32,806 nucleotides of DNA from PVC group bacterium (GTDB taxonomy: Bacteria; Verrucomicrobiota; Kiritimatiellia; SS1-B-03-39; PXDE01), in the NCBI GenBank assembly GCA_003566475.1, contig PXDE01000528.1:1-32806 (forward strand), read 5' to 3'. The notes under the pieces are model-generated. The model was not told the origin of the DNA. It saw nothing but the letters and a program-made list of their open reading frames with translations, and ran no database searches. Positions 1 through 7,256 of this stretch are shown here, piece by piece (within the stretch, counting starts at the first letter, position 1; every line of letters begins with the position of its first letter). The translations under genes were made by a program, and so were the position numbers.

Positions 1-40
1 CTACGGCGCGGTGCGAAAGGCCCGGAGGGCGGCGACATGA
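1..40 (+). CDS. 3' end of an upstream gene (partial), probably the Rnf membrane subunit RnfD
   Basis: Frame 2 reads ...YGAVRKARRAAT then TGA at 38-40, overlapping the rnfG ATG (37-39) as ATGA. The position immediately upstream of rnfG fits the rnf(B)CDGEA gene order. It is too short to identify by sequence. Confidence 0.3.
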   Translation, partial: YGAVRKARRAAT

Positions 41-738
41 GCGAGCCCGCCGTCCCCGCCGCCCCGCCCATGCCCTCGCCCCTCCGGCTTGTGGGCACCC
101 TGGGGCTCATCGCCATGATCTCCGGCTTTCTCATCGTGCTCGTGGTCGAGGCCACCCGCGAGCCCATCGCCCGCAACCACCGCGTGGCCCTGGAGCGGGC
201 GGTGTTCACCGTGCTTCCGGGCGCGGTCAGCCGGGCCAATTTCCTCCTCGATGACGACGGGCTGGTCCGGCTCGACGACGAGGACATCGCCGGGGCCAAC
301 CTGTTCGCGGGCTATGCCGCCGACGGATCGCTGGTCGGTGTGGCCCTGCCCGCCAGCGACCGCGGCTACGCCGGCGAGATCCGCATGCTCTACGGCTACG
401 ACCCCGCCCGGGAGTCCATCATCGGCTTCACCGTGCTCCAGAGCTCCGAGACGCCCGGGCTGGGCGACAAGATCGGCCACGACCCCGCCTTCCTGGCCAA
501 CTTCGAGGCGCTCTCGGTCGCGCTCAACGAGAACCGCACCGCCCTTGAACACGACATCGTCAACGTGAAGCCCGGCACGAAGGCGCATCCCTGGGAGATC
601 GACGGCATCTCCGGGGCCACCGTCTCCTCCGCCGCCGTGGCCCGCGGCCTCCACGCCAGCGCCACCCGCTGGCTGCCGATGCTGGACCCGCACCGTGATG
701 AACTCCAGGCAGGTGGTATGGAGGGCCAGGGACGATGA
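37..738 (+). CDS. rnfG: Rnf electron-transport complex subunit G (FMN-binding, RnfG/NqrC family)
   Basis: 233 aa with an N-terminal TM helix (LVGTLGLIAMISGFLIVLVV). Contains SSETPGLGDK and the flavinylation motif ISGATVSS, both typical of RnfG/NqrC. Followed by rnfE and rnfA. Confidence 0.85.
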   Translation: MSEPAVPAAPPMPSPLRLVGTLGLIAMISGFLIVLVVEATREPIARNHRVALERAVFTVLPGAVSRANFLLDDDGLVRLDDEDIAGANLFAGYAADGSLVGVALPASDRGYAGEIRMLYGYDPARESIIGFTVLQSSETPGLGDKIGHDPAFLANFEALSVALNENRTALEHDIVNVKPGTKAHPWEIDGISGATVSSAAVARGLHASATRWLPMLDPHRDELQAGGMEGQGR

Positions 739-763
739 AGGCGGCCGTGATGAGGTGGGATGC

Positions 764-815
764 GGGATCCGACTTCGCCAAGGCGCTTCGTCGGACAGGT
801 CGTGGGATGTGGGGG
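764..815 (+). repeat. Dispersed ~45-bp motif GGGATCCGACTTCGCnAAGnCGCTTCGTCGGACAnGTC, copy 1
   Basis: Near-identical to 6101-6150 by eye (about 88% identity). It lies in the 301-bp rnfG-rnfE spacer. Confidence 0.8.
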
Positions 816-1039
816 GCCAATCCGCGTTCCTCCCCGACCTCTGTGGTCCGACTCCCCTCATTCGCGTCCCCTCTCACTACGCTCCCCCAGAACGTTGCCC
901 GCCCGCGCAGACCTTTCGCCATCCCAACTCCTCCCTCTGTGAACCTCCGTAACCTCTGCGGCCTCTGTGGTTCGCTTGGTTGTGGCCGTAAGCCGAACTG
1001 GGTCCATTCGCGGTTCCCCTTCCGGAAGGCGAGGTCGCC

Positions 1040-1678
1040 ATGACCGCCCAGCCCAAGCGCCTCGACTGGGACACCTTCACCGAAGGGCTCTGGAAGGAGA
1101 ACCCGGTGTTCGTGATGATGCTCGGGCTCTGCCCGTCCATGGCCGTCAGCAACACGGCCGTCAACTCCCTGGCCATGGGCCTGGCCAGCACCTTCGTGCT
1201 GGTGGGGGCCTGCCTGCTGGTCTCGCTGCTGCGCAAGCTCATCCCCAAGCAGGTGCGCATCGCCTCCTACATCATCATCATCGCCACCTTCGTGACCATC
1301 GTGGACTACCTGATCCACGCCATCAGCCTTGACCTCTACCGGGCCCTGGGCGCGTTCATCCAGCTTATCGTGGTCAACTGCGTCATTCTGGGCCGGGCCG
1401 AGGCCCATGCCTCCAAGCACCCGCCAGTCCCGGCCGTGATCAACGCGTTCGGCATGGGGCTGGGCTTCACGGTGGCTCTGCTGGCCATCGGCTCGGTGCG
1501 CGAGATTCTGGGCTTCGGCACTCTGTTCGGGATGTCGCTGTTCGGGCCGTCGTTCCAGCCCTGGGCCGTGTTCATTCTGCCTCCGGGCGGATTCTTCGTG
1601 CTCTCGCTCTGGCTGGTGCTGTTCTCGTTCGCCCGGCGCCGCCGGACCCGGACCCTGGAGGCCGCCCATGTCAGTTGA
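1040..1678 (+). CDS. rnfE: Rnf complex subunit E (RnfE/NqrD family polytopic membrane protein)
   Basis: 212 aa. The N-terminus GLWKENPVFVMMLGLCPSMAVSNTAVNSLAMGLA closely matches the RnfE signature (GLWKNN...LLGLCP..AV). Multiple TM segments. Confidence 0.9.
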   Translation: MTAQPKRLDWDTFTEGLWKENPVFVMMLGLCPSMAVSNTAVNSLAMGLASTFVLVGACLLVSLLRKLIPKQVRIASYIIIIATFVTIVDYLIHAISLDLYRALGAFIQLIVVNCVILGRAEAHASKHPPVPAVINAFGMGLGFTVALLAIGSVREILGFGTLFGMSLFGPSFQPWAVFILPPGGFFVLSLWLVLFSFARRRRTRTLEAAHVS

Positions 1679-2249
1679 ATCCCCGGCGCTCATCTTCCTG
1701 AACGCCTTCCTCATCAACAACTTCGTGCTCGCCCTGTTCCTGGGCCTCTGCCCGTTCCTGGGGGTCTCCAACAAGCTCAAGACCGCCCTGCCCATGGGGG
1801 CCGCGGTGATCTTCGTCATGCTGGTGGCCTCGGTCTGCGCCTACGGGATCAACCTGCTCCTGGTCCGCTTCCAGATCGAGTACCTGCGCCTCATCGCCTA
1901 TATCGCGGTCATCGCCTCGGCGGTGCAGCTCGTGGAGATGACGGTCAAGAAGTTCAGCCCCGCCCTGTTCCGGATGCTGGGCATCTTCCTGCCCCTCATC
2001 ACCACCAACTGTGCCATCCTGGGCATGGCCCTGTTCCAGACCGCCAACGAGTACAACTTCGTCCAGAGCCTGGCCTTCAGCCTGGGAGCGGGGGCGGGGT
2101 TCACCCTGGCTCTGGTCCTCATGGCCGGCCTGCGCGAGCGGCTGGACCTGGCCGACGTGCCCGATGTGTGCATGGGGGCCGCCATCGCCATGATGCTGGC
2201 CGGACTGCTCTCCCTCGCCTTCATGGGCTTCGCGGGGCTGGGCGGATGA
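1668..2249 (+). CDS. rnfA: Rnf complex subunit A (RnfA/NqrE family)
   Basis: 193 aa. FLINNFVLALFLGLCPFLGVSNKLKTALPMG matches the RnfA signature (NNFVL..FLGLCPFMGVS). Overlaps the rnfE end. Confidence 0.9.
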   Translation: MSVESPALIFLNAFLINNFVLALFLGLCPFLGVSNKLKTALPMGAAVIFVMLVASVCAYGINLLLVRFQIEYLRLIAYIAVIASAVQLVEMTVKKFSPALFRMLGIFLPLITTNCAILGMALFQTANEYNFVQSLAFSLGAGAGFTLALVLMAGLRERLDLADVPDVCMGAAIAMMLAGLLSLAFMGFAGLGG

Positions 2250-2470
2250 GCCTGACCCCCTACCTCGCCGCCGCCGGCCTCATCCTCGGCCTGCTTCTGG
2301 CCTGGGTGACCGTCCAGCAATGGGCCCGCCGCTTCGCCGCCCGCCACCCCGAGTTCGGCCCTCACCGCGAACGCGCCGGCTGCGGCCTCGCCTGCCCCTG
2401 CGATGCCGACGAGCCGTGCCCGAACGGGAGGCGGAAACCGGAAGGTGGAAACCGCATGACGGAAACCTGA
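2246..2470 (+). CDS. Small single-pass membrane protein with a Cys cluster (GCGLACPCDADEPCP); NqrM/DUF539-like or FeoB-associated Cys-rich type
   Basis: The ATG at 2246 overlaps the rnfA stop (ATGA), indicating translational coupling. 74 aa with a TM helix (LAAAGLILGLLLAWVTV) and then four Cys within 13 residues. The C-terminal ~13 aa are encoded by GGAAACC-type low-complexity DNA. Confidence 0.55.
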   Translation: MSLTPYLAAAGLILGLLLAWVTVQQWARRFAARHPEFGPHRERAGCGLACPCDADEPCPNGRRKPEGGNRMTET

Positions 2471-2575
2471 AGGCTGAAACCTGAAACCTGAAGGCGGAAC
2501 GCCGGGCCTCCTGAACTCTAACCTCTGACTACTGACCACTGAAACGCGAAACCTGAAGGTTGAACCCTGAACACT
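2430..2575. repeat. Low-complexity tract with 7-nt periodicity (GGAAACC / CTGAAAC / CTGAACC variants)
   Basis: Reads cggaaaccggaaggtggaaaccgc...ggaaacctgaaggctgaaacctgaaacctgaagg...gaaacctgaaggttgaaccctgaacact. It ends in the 15-mer TGAACCCTGAACACT (2561-2575), which recurs at 2943-2957. Confidence 0.75.
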
Positions 2576-2942
2576 TCTGCCCTGATACACCCATGCACGT
2601 TGTCCCCTACAAACCACGGCTCGCCAGCAGGATGACCCAGACGTGGCACGGTGCTTCCAGCCCGTGCCCGAGCGAGGCAAGATCCCGGATCGACCGTGGT
2701 TGGCGGAAACGCTCTTCATGGACCGGTCGGGACCAAACCTCGCTCGGCTCCGGGCAAGATGCCCGGGCCACGGGGCGCCGCCTCGCGGCGGCCTCACTTC
2801 GTCAATCTTACTTCGTCAATCGTCAACCTTCGGTTTCCGCGGATCCCGCATCCCGCATCGCGTATCGCGTATCCCGGATCGTGCCACCCGTCTCACCCCT
2901 CATCCGACTGGACCCGGCGGTTCAGCGGCCTGCTCTGAACCC
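2576..2942 (-). repeat. Composite dispersed repeat: an inverted copy of the three-hairpin REP-like unit (2643-2775) plus an accessory block (2841-2935) homologous to 6165-6250
   Basis: The reverse complement of 2643-2775 aligns with the 145-bp units at 6256-6545 (GTGGCCCGGGC...GGCACGGGCTGGAAGCACCGTGCCAC). The reverse complement of 2881-2935 shares GGATGAGGGGTGAGACGG and flanks with 6165-6215. Heptamers ATCCCGC x2 and ATCGCGT x2 lie at 2841-2881. Confidence 0.8.
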
Positions 2943-2975
2943 TGAACCCTGAACACTCCCCCCCCGAGGTACCTA

Positions 2976-3836
2976 ATGAAAGTCACCGAATACGACATCA
3001 GCCATCCCTACCAGGCCACAGTCGAGCGCAACGAGCGGATCACCCCCGAGGACGCGGCGGAGGTGCGGCACCTCGTGCTGAGCATCCCCGACGCCACCTT
3101 CACCTACATGGAGGGGCAGAGCATCGGGGTGCTGGCCCCGCCGCCGCCCGACTTCGGCAATCCCCACCACCTCCGCCTGTACTCCATCGCCAACTCCCGC
3201 CAGGGAGAGCAGGGCGACCTGTCCGAGATCTCGATCTGCGTGCGCCGCTGCTTCTACATCGACGAGGTCAGCGGCGAGCGGCATCCCGGCGTGGCCTCGA
3301 ACTACCTGTGCGACCGGCAGCCCGGCGACGCGGTGGAGATCACCGGTCCTTACGGGCGGCAGTTCATGGCCCCCAAGGATCCCACCTGCAACATTCTCAT
3401 GATCGGGGTGGGCACGGGCATCGCCCCCTTCCGGGCCTTTCTCAAGCACATCTACGAGGAGCGCAAGGAGTGGAAGGGCAAGGTGCGGCTGTTCTACGGG
3501 GCCAAGACCGGCGTGGAGCTTCTGTACATGAACGACCAGAAGGACGACCTGAGCCTGTATTACGACGAGGAGACGTTCAAGGCGTTCCAGGCGCTGAGCA
3601 AGCGACCCGCCTTCGACGAGCCGCCCGCCATGGAGCAGACCCTGAAGGACAACGCGCACGAGGTGTGGGGGCTCATCCAGGATCCCAAGACGCACGTCTA
3701 TGTGGCCGGGCTCTCCAGCCTCGAGGCCACCCTCGACCGCCTGCTCGCCTTCATGGTCGGCACCCCCGAGGCCTGGCAGGCCAAGAAGCAGGAGCTGATC
3801 GCGCAGCGGCGCTGGGCGACGCTCTTCTACGACTGA
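2976..3836 (+). CDS. Ferredoxin-NADP+ reductase, plant-type FNR family (FAD- and NAD(P)H-binding domains only)
   Basis: 286 aa. Has the FAD motif RLYSIANS and the NADP motif PKDPTCNILMIGVGTGIAPFRAFL, both very close to plant-type FNR signatures (RLYSIASS, GTGIAPFRSFL). The C-terminus ends in ...LFYD, leaving a Tyr near the end. No 2Fe-2S domain. Confidence 0.85.
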   Translation: MKVTEYDISHPYQATVERNERITPEDAAEVRHLVLSIPDATFTYMEGQSIGVLAPPPPDFGNPHHLRLYSIANSRQGEQGDLSEISICVRRCFYIDEVSGERHPGVASNYLCDRQPGDAVEITGPYGRQFMAPKDPTCNILMIGVGTGIAPFRAFLKHIYEERKEWKGKVRLFYGAKTGVELLYMNDQKDDLSLYYDEETFKAFQALSKRPAFDEPPAMEQTLKDNAHEVWGLIQDPKTHVYVAGLSSLEATLDRLLAFMVGTPEAWQAKKQELIAQRRWATLFYD

Positions 3837-3875
3837 GCGGGCGGTGGGTTGAGCCCAGGCGGGCGCTGGGAGGTG

Positions 3876-3895
3876 CCGGGCGAAGCTTCGTCCGG
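3876..3895 (+). terminator. Near-perfect palindromic hairpin CCGGGCGAAGCTTCGTCCGG downstream of the FNR gene (possible factor-independent terminator, no U-tract)
   Basis: Arms of 10 nt with one G-T wobble position, located 40 nt after the stop codon. No T-run follows, so terminator function is uncertain. Confidence 0.25.
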
Positions 3896-4141
3896 GAGGG
3901 TGGGCTATTGTCTAGAAGGCGGCGGCGGGGTGGAGGGTTTAGGCATGGAGGGCGAGGTCGAAGCTTCGCCATAGAAGAGGGGGAGAGGGGGGCGCCCGAA
4001 ACCGCCTCCCGTAGCCGCGGCCGCCCAGGCCGTGGGCGCCAGTGGGAACGCGGCCGAAACCGCGCCTGCGACGGAGATTCGCAGAGGGAGAACCGCGAAT
4101 GAACGCCAATGGACGCGAATGCGGCCAGGCCGGCCGAAGCT

Positions 4142-4234
4142 GAGCCCCGAAGGGGCGATTCAGACCAGCCCAGGGCGAAAGCCCTGGGGCTCCGCGCGCG
4201 CAACGACGACGAGCCCTGAAGGGGCGATTCAACG
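4142..4234. repeat. Direct repeat GAGCCCyGAAGGGGCGATTCA (4142-4163 and 4212-4233) enclosing an 8-bp hairpin capped by GAAA (4169-4188)
   Basis: Read directly: cccagggc-gaaa-gccctggg. The two roughly 22-nt copies differ at 1-2 positions. Confidence 0.75.
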
Positions 4235-4607
4235 GGCGCCATGGACCTCCGGCCCCATCTCGCGCCTGCTGCGGAGCTTCCCGCAAGTAGGTCGGCCATT
4301 CCTGCGTGCCGGGGCGAAGCGTCTGCGCGAAGCCTGGGCTGACCCTCTGGGAACGAGACGAGTCAGAAACCGAGAATTCCCGCCACATTCCGTCGCATCC
4401 GTGGCGCAACAACCTTCCGGATGACACCGCAAGGGTCAGGCAGGAATGCCCGACCTACACGCGCGCCACCCCGCGCCGCCACCAAGCACAGGCCCCCTAA
4501 TCCCACGCCCCAAGTGCCCCGCGCTTGCATCCGCTTGCCCGGACCCGGCACACTGGGCCACACCGCATCCCCCCGTGCGCCCGCTTCGCAGATGACAGGG
4601 CCTTCGG

Positions 4608-4642
4608 CACCCACCTATCCACCCATCCACCCATCCATCCCC
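4608..4642. repeat. CCAC/CCAT-type microsatellite (cacccacctatccacccatccacccatccatcccc) just upstream of the sulfatase RBS
   Basis: Tandem CCACCCAT units read directly. AGGAG at 4646-4650 and the ATG at 4659 follow. Confidence 0.7.
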
Positions 4643-4658
4643 ACTAGGAGCCCCCACC

Positions 4659-6095
4659 ATGCGCGAGCCTGCCGACCGGCCCAATGTCATCCTCATCAAT
4701 TGCGACGATCTCGGCTACGGCGATGTGGGGTGCTACGGGTCGGACATCAATGCCACCCCGGCGCTGGACCGGCTGGCCGCCGAGGGGATGCGGTTCACGG
4801 ACTTCTACATGGCCGCGCCGGTGTGCTCCCCGTCGCGGGCGGGCATGCTCACCGGGTGCTATCCCCGGCGCATCGGCATGGACGCCTACGGGCCGGACCG
4901 GCTTCCGGTGCTGTTTCCGGGCGACGCCTGGGGGCTGCATCCGGACGAGATCACGGTGGCCCGTCTTCTCCGGGATCAGGGCTACGCCACCAAGCTGGTG
5001 GGCAAGTGGCACGTGGGCGACCAGCCCGAGTTCCTGCCCACCCGGCACGGATTCGACGCGTTCTACGGGCTGCCCTACAGCAACGACATGGGCATGCAGA
5101 TCCAGTGGCCGGGCTATCCGCCGCTGCCGCTGATCGAGAACGAGACCATCCTCCAGGAGCAGCCCGACCAGGCCGGGCTCACCGAGCGGTATGTCGAGCA
5201 GAGCGTCCGGTTCATCCGCGAGCATCGGGACGAGCCGTTCTTCCTCTACCTGGCCCACATGTACGTCCATGTGCCGCTGTTCGTGCCCGAACACTTCCTG
5301 AAGAGCGCCCGCAACGGACCCTATGGGGCGGCGGTGGAATGCATCGACTGGGCGATGGCGGTGCTCGCCCATGAGCTGAGCCGCCTCGGCCTGGACCGCA
5401 ACACCATCGTCATCTTCACCTCGGACAACGGCAGCAACGGCCGGGACGGGGGCAGCAACGCCCCGCTCCGGGGCCGGAAGGCCACGACCTGGGAGGGCGG
5501 GCAGCGCCTTCCCTGCATCGTGCGCTGGCCGGGCATGGTTCCGGCCGGCACCACCTGCTCGGAGCTGACCACGGCCATGGATTTCCTGCCCACGCTGGTG
5601 AATCTGGCAGACGGGCAGGTTCCCGACGACCGCATCCTCGATGGGCGCGATGTGGGGGCGCTGTGGAGGGGCGAATCCGGAGCCCGTTCGCCGCACGAGG
5701 CCTTCTTCTACTACCGGCGCGACGAGCTGGAGGCGGTGCGCGACGCGGAGTGGAAGCTGCACCTGACCACCGGCGAGCTGTACAACCTCCGTCAGGATAT
5801 CGGCGAGACCACGGACGTGGCCGCGGCGAATCCGGAGGTGGTGGCCCGGCTCCAGGGCCTGGCCGACGGGGCCCGGGAGGATCTGGGAGACCATCGCACC
5901 GGAGCCGAAGGGGCCAACTGTCGGCCTTGTGGCGTGGTGGCCGACCCCCGGCCGCTCACCGAGTACCGCGAGGACCACCCCTACATCGTGGCCATGTACG
6001 ACACCGGCGGCATCCCCCGGCCCCGTGCCGAACAGGTGGCCAGCCCGGGGCCGAGCTTCAGGCGGCCGGTGATCGGGCCGAGGAGAGGGGATTAG
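4659..6095 (+). CDS. Sulfatase (arylsulfatase A family, formylglycine-dependent, Cys-type)
   Basis: 478 aa. NVILINCDDLGYGDVGCYG is followed by the CxPxR maturation motif in APVCSPSRAGMLTG, then GKWHVG and the FTSDNG block. AGGAG lies 8 nt upstream of the ATG. No N-terminal signal peptide is visible. Confidence 0.9.
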   Translation: MREPADRPNVILINCDDLGYGDVGCYGSDINATPALDRLAAEGMRFTDFYMAAPVCSPSRAGMLTGCYPRRIGMDAYGPDRLPVLFPGDAWGLHPDEITVARLLRDQGYATKLVGKWHVGDQPEFLPTRHGFDAFYGLPYSNDMGMQIQWPGYPPLPLIENETILQEQPDQAGLTERYVEQSVRFIREHRDEPFFLYLAHMYVHVPLFVPEHFLKSARNGPYGAAVECIDWAMAVLAHELSRLGLDRNTIVIFTSDNGSNGRDGGSNAPLRGRKATTWEGGQRLPCIVRWPGMVPAGTTCSELTTAMDFLPTLVNLADGQVPDDRILDGRDVGALWRGESGARSPHEAFFYYRRDELEAVRDAEWKLHLTTGELYNLRQDIGETTDVAAANPEVVARLQGLADGAREDLGDHRTGAEGANCRPCGVVADPRPLTEYREDHPYIVAMYDTGGIPRPRAEQVASPGPSFRRPVIGPRRGD

Positions 6096-6150
6096 GGATT
6101 GGGGATCCGACTTCGCGAAGACGCTTCGTCGGACAAGTCTGGGGATTGTT
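6087..6150 (+). repeat. GGGGATT heptamers (6087-6107) followed by copy 2 of the 45-bp GGATCCGACTTCGC...GTCGGACA motif (6101-6150)
   Basis: Reads ggggattagggattggggatccgacttcgcgaagacgcttcgtcggacaagtctgggg. The motif matches 764-815. The heptamers are the reverse complement of the AATCCCC run at 7607-7645. Confidence 0.8.
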
Positions 6151-6164
6151 GGGAGTGGTCAGTC

Positions 6165-6250
6165 GCCGCCACTGAATCCTAGGTTCATCCGGATGAGGGG
6201 TGAGACGGCTGGCGTGGTGTGGGATGTGCGATGTGGGATGTGGGCCGGTC
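6165..6250 (+). repeat. Accessory repeat block (GGATGAGGGGTGAGACGG core plus GTGGGAT/GTGCGAT heptamers), homologous to the reverse complement of 2841-2935
   Basis: Alignment by eye to the reverse complement of 2841-2935. Heptamers lie at 6217-6244. Confidence 0.7.
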
Positions 6251-6545
6251 CCCCCGTGGCCCGGGCTTCTAGCCCGGAGCCGGCGCGAGGTTCGGTGCCG
6301 GGCTGACCATGATCAGCGAAACCGCCAGGCCATGGTCGTCTCGGGAACTGCTCTCGCTCAGGCACGGGCTGGAAGCGCCGTGCCACGTCTGCGGCGTCCC
6401 GTGGCCCGGGCTTCTAGCCCGGAGCCGGAGCGAGGTTCGGTGCCGGGCTGACCATGATCAGCGAAACCGCCAGGCCATGGTCGTCTCGGGAACTGCTCTC
6501 GCTCTGGGCACGGGCTGGAAGCACCGTGCCACGTCAGGCCCGCCG
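6251..6545 (+). repeat. Tandem dimer (period 145 bp) of a REP-like three-hairpin unit, variant A
   Basis: GTGGCCCGGGCTTCTAGCCCGGAGCC starts at 6256 and again at 6401. Each unit has CCGGGC-N5-GCCCGG, a long central imperfect hairpin (GACCATG...CATGGTC closed by GCGAG...CTCGC) and GGCACGG-N10-CCGTGCC (6361-6384 and 6507-6530). Confidence 0.9.
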
Positions 6546-6584
6546 CCGCGAAGCGGCGGTTCTCCAATCCCGCCCGCGCAGCCC

Positions 6585-7187
6585 CTACCGGTCCTCCCAG
6601 GGCATGATCTTCTGGCCCGATCCCCTTGGGTTGTTGAGGATGTACCGGATCGTCCGCTCGTACTCCACCTCGTCACGAACGATCCGGTCATGGAACTCCT
6701 CCTGCCACAGCGGGCCCGAGCACCCCAGCCCATGGTTGATCCGGTTGGCGGTGAACGACTTCCATCCGTGGACCACCCTCTCCAGTTCCCACCCGGCCAT
6801 GGTGCGGACCAGGGCATGGACATGGTTGGGCATCACCGCGGACTCGCCGAGCTGGTATCGACACCCATCGAACCGGCGGAGGCTGTCTTCGACTTCCGCC
6901 CGGACGGGTTCTCGACGGAGGACGCAGGAACCATGTCCGGCCTCCAGATAGCGTTCCATCGTCCGGAAATAGGCGCGGTCATGATCAAGGGCCGCGTCGT
7001 CGGATCCCTCGGACGCGGCCAGGGCCACCCGGAGTTGCTCGAGGTGGCGCAGGTGGTGTTCCGGAAGGGCGTCAGCCAGCCGGAAGGTCACGAAGTAGGT
7101 CGCCCCGTCCTGCCGCCAGTGGGGCAGGTTGCGCCGGTAGATCCGAACCGGCTTCCGGGGATCGAAGGGCTGGAAGTCAATGGGCAT
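6585..7187 (-). CDS. REP-associated tyrosine transposase (RAYT) / IS200-IS605 family HUH-Y1 transposase-like protein
   Basis: 200 aa. Has RNLPHWRQDGATYFVTFRL at the N-terminus, the HUH motif in MPNHVHALV, and the catalytic-Tyr region EYERTIRYILNNP. The gene is flanked on both sides by arrays of hairpin repeats. Confidence 0.85.
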   Translation of the reverse strand: MPIDFQPFDPRKPVRIYRRNLPHWRQDGATYFVTFRLADALPEHHLRHLEQLRVALAASEGSDDAALDHDRAYFRTMERYLEAGHGSCVLRREPVRAEVEDSLRRFDGCRYQLGESAVMPNHVHALVRTMAGWELERVVHGWKSFTANRINHGLGCSGPLWQEEFHDRIVRDEVEYERTIRYILNNPRGSGQKIMPWEDR

Positions 7188-7256
7188 GGGACCGCCGAAG
7201 GGAACGACAGGCGCAGTCTAGCCTGGCATGGGATTGTGCGGCCAGACGGGAAACGT

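Noticed and set aside
560-1819. 419-aa minus-strand ORF overlapping rnfG, rnfE and rnfA. The same issue applies to other long ORFs antisense to the real gene (4644-5978 minus, 9671-11413 plus, 14584-16899 minus, 18655-20301 minus, 25890-27812 minus, 30271-31608 minus) or on its strand in another frame (26282-27778 plus).
   Set aside because: All lie antisense to, or out of frame with, strongly recognisable conserved genes. Their translations are Arg/Gly/Pro/His/Ala-rich low-complexity strings. This is the expected stop-codon-poor artefact of GC-rich DNA.
3939-4427. ORFs of 130-180 aa on both strands in the FNR-sulfatase spacer (e.g. 4032-4424 plus and 3751-4299 minus).
   Set aside because: They are mutually overlapping and lack RBS context. 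Their translations are just the dispersed motifs read through (SPEGAIQ..., ...IGVHSRF...), so the region was treated as non-coding repeat mosaic.
6087-6107. Telomere-like sequence GGGATTAGGGATTGGGG (resembling TTAGGG repeats).
   Set aside because: Only 2-3 units occur, embedded in a bacterial chromosomal context. They belong to the same heptamer family (GGGGATT/AATCCCC) that borders the REP-like arrays, so the resemblance to eukaryotic telomeres is coincidental.
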